Assembly: GCA_965644315.1 (NCBI GenBank)
Contig: CBFFRQ010000089.1
Span: forward strand, 830,768 to 894,767
Source of the DNA: Caecitellus pseudoparvulus
Taxonomy: Eukaryota; Protista; Bigyra: Bicosoecida
DNA: 64,000 bases
Reading direction: 5' to 3'
Each line of letters begins with the position of its first letter. Positions within the stretch are counted from its first letter, which is position 1. Shown piece after piece: positions 63,258-64,000 of the stretch. Position numbers and translations under genes: made by a program. Under the pieces are notes generated by a model. That model ran no database searches, had not been told where the DNA came from, and worked only from the letters and a program-made list of their open reading frames with translations.

Positions 63258-64000
63258 TGTGGGGGGGACCGCATACATAAATGTATGAGCTAACGTGCCT
63301 CGGATTGCTAACGCAACCTGCGGCTAACACGGACCCAGAAGCAGAAGCAATAAATATATATCTATAGAACCAGCTATAGAATCTATGAATACATACCCCG
63401 CATACAATATATTAATATATATTTATATATATCAGAATCTATATTTTTAGATATATAATCAAAACAGTTAATGATATTATGCGATAGCGGGGGGACAATA
63501 AATCCATAAATGAATTTATGAGCGATATGTCTCAACTGCTGCCGCAGTTTGCGACTAAAAACAGATATATTTTTATACTATATTTTTAGACTATATCTAT
63601 AAATATTATTCTTAGATATATTTATACTATATCTATAACACTTATTAGACACTACCCCTATAAAAACAATCTCTTATAAACCCTTTACTATATTTTTTAC
63701 TTACTTTTTACTACTATTTTATAAGTGTTATCTTAAGGGTTATCACTACAATAAATAGAAATAATATAAAAAATATAATAAATATATATATATATATATT
63801 TTCTGAGACTATTCTTAGCCCTTATCTGACAATCAGTCAAAACAAAATTGAAGCAATCAACCATCCATCCAAACACCCTATTTTAGAAACAATCAAAGGA
63901 GGCGAAATGACAAAATAAAAAGATACATTTTAAATCACTTATTCATATATCATTTAACACTAAATCCATTATAACCCTTAACACTTAATCACTAAATCAG
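63258..64000. mobile_element. Probable terminus (TIR) of an AT-rich endogenous element, virophage/EMALE- or Polinton-like; runs off the window
   Basis: Abrupt drop to ~20-30% GC (for example 17/60 G+C at 63361-63420 and 10/60 at 63721-63780). No ORF of 60 aa or more. Begins TGTGGGGGGGAC and contains palindromes and repeated AT-flanked TCTA motifs. No viral gene is visible, so the identity is inferred. Confidence 0.55.

Noticed and set aside
63895-63918. Shine-Dalgarno-like AAAGGAGG before an ATG
   Set aside because: The ORF is only Met-Thr-Lys-stop; probably chance.
63676-63982. Telomere-like AACCCT / AGGGTT words
   Set aside because: Isolated copies, not a tandem array.
1-64000. tRNA, rRNA or other structured RNA genes
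   Set aside because: None recognised by eye; a covariance-model scan would be needed to exclude them.

Overview
Gene-dense, GC-rich (about 65-70% by eye) eukaryotic nuclear DNA with short GT-AG introns, mostly 60-115 nt, often with GTGCGT or GTGAG donors. The host is probably a flagellated protist; stramenopile-like is an inference. I can reconstruct 21 protein-coding genes: TOG/crescerin-like, a coiled-coil unknown, ESF1, a CPYC glutaredoxin, an S53 tripeptidyl-peptidase, a membrane PDE, NSE2-like, a karyopherin-like HEAT protein, a GT41 glycosyltransferase, CTP synthase, an OSCA/TMEM63-like channel, SfsA, a hidden shugoshin-like gene, mitochondrial LeuRS, an unknown, SERRATE/ARS2, MMAA, sphingosine kinase, gamma-COP, a GT61 glycosyltransferase and an ankyrin-array/XK-scramblase fusion. 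The last ~750 bp switch abruptly to ~20-30% GC non-coding DNA that looks like the end of an endogenous virophage or Polinton-like element. Highlights: (1) a DARPin-like, recombination-shuffled 16 x 99 bp ankyrin array fused to an XK-family membrane domain, next to that element; (2) the element end, with two covarying palindromes and TCTA motifs; (3) a strand-specific AATGCA motif just after the stop of 15 of 21 genes, a candidate non-canonical poly(A) signal; (4) an HMW1C/NGT-like GT41 with a signal peptide; (5) a eukaryotic SfsA with an inserted NLS. All family calls come from motif recognition by eye; no searches were run.
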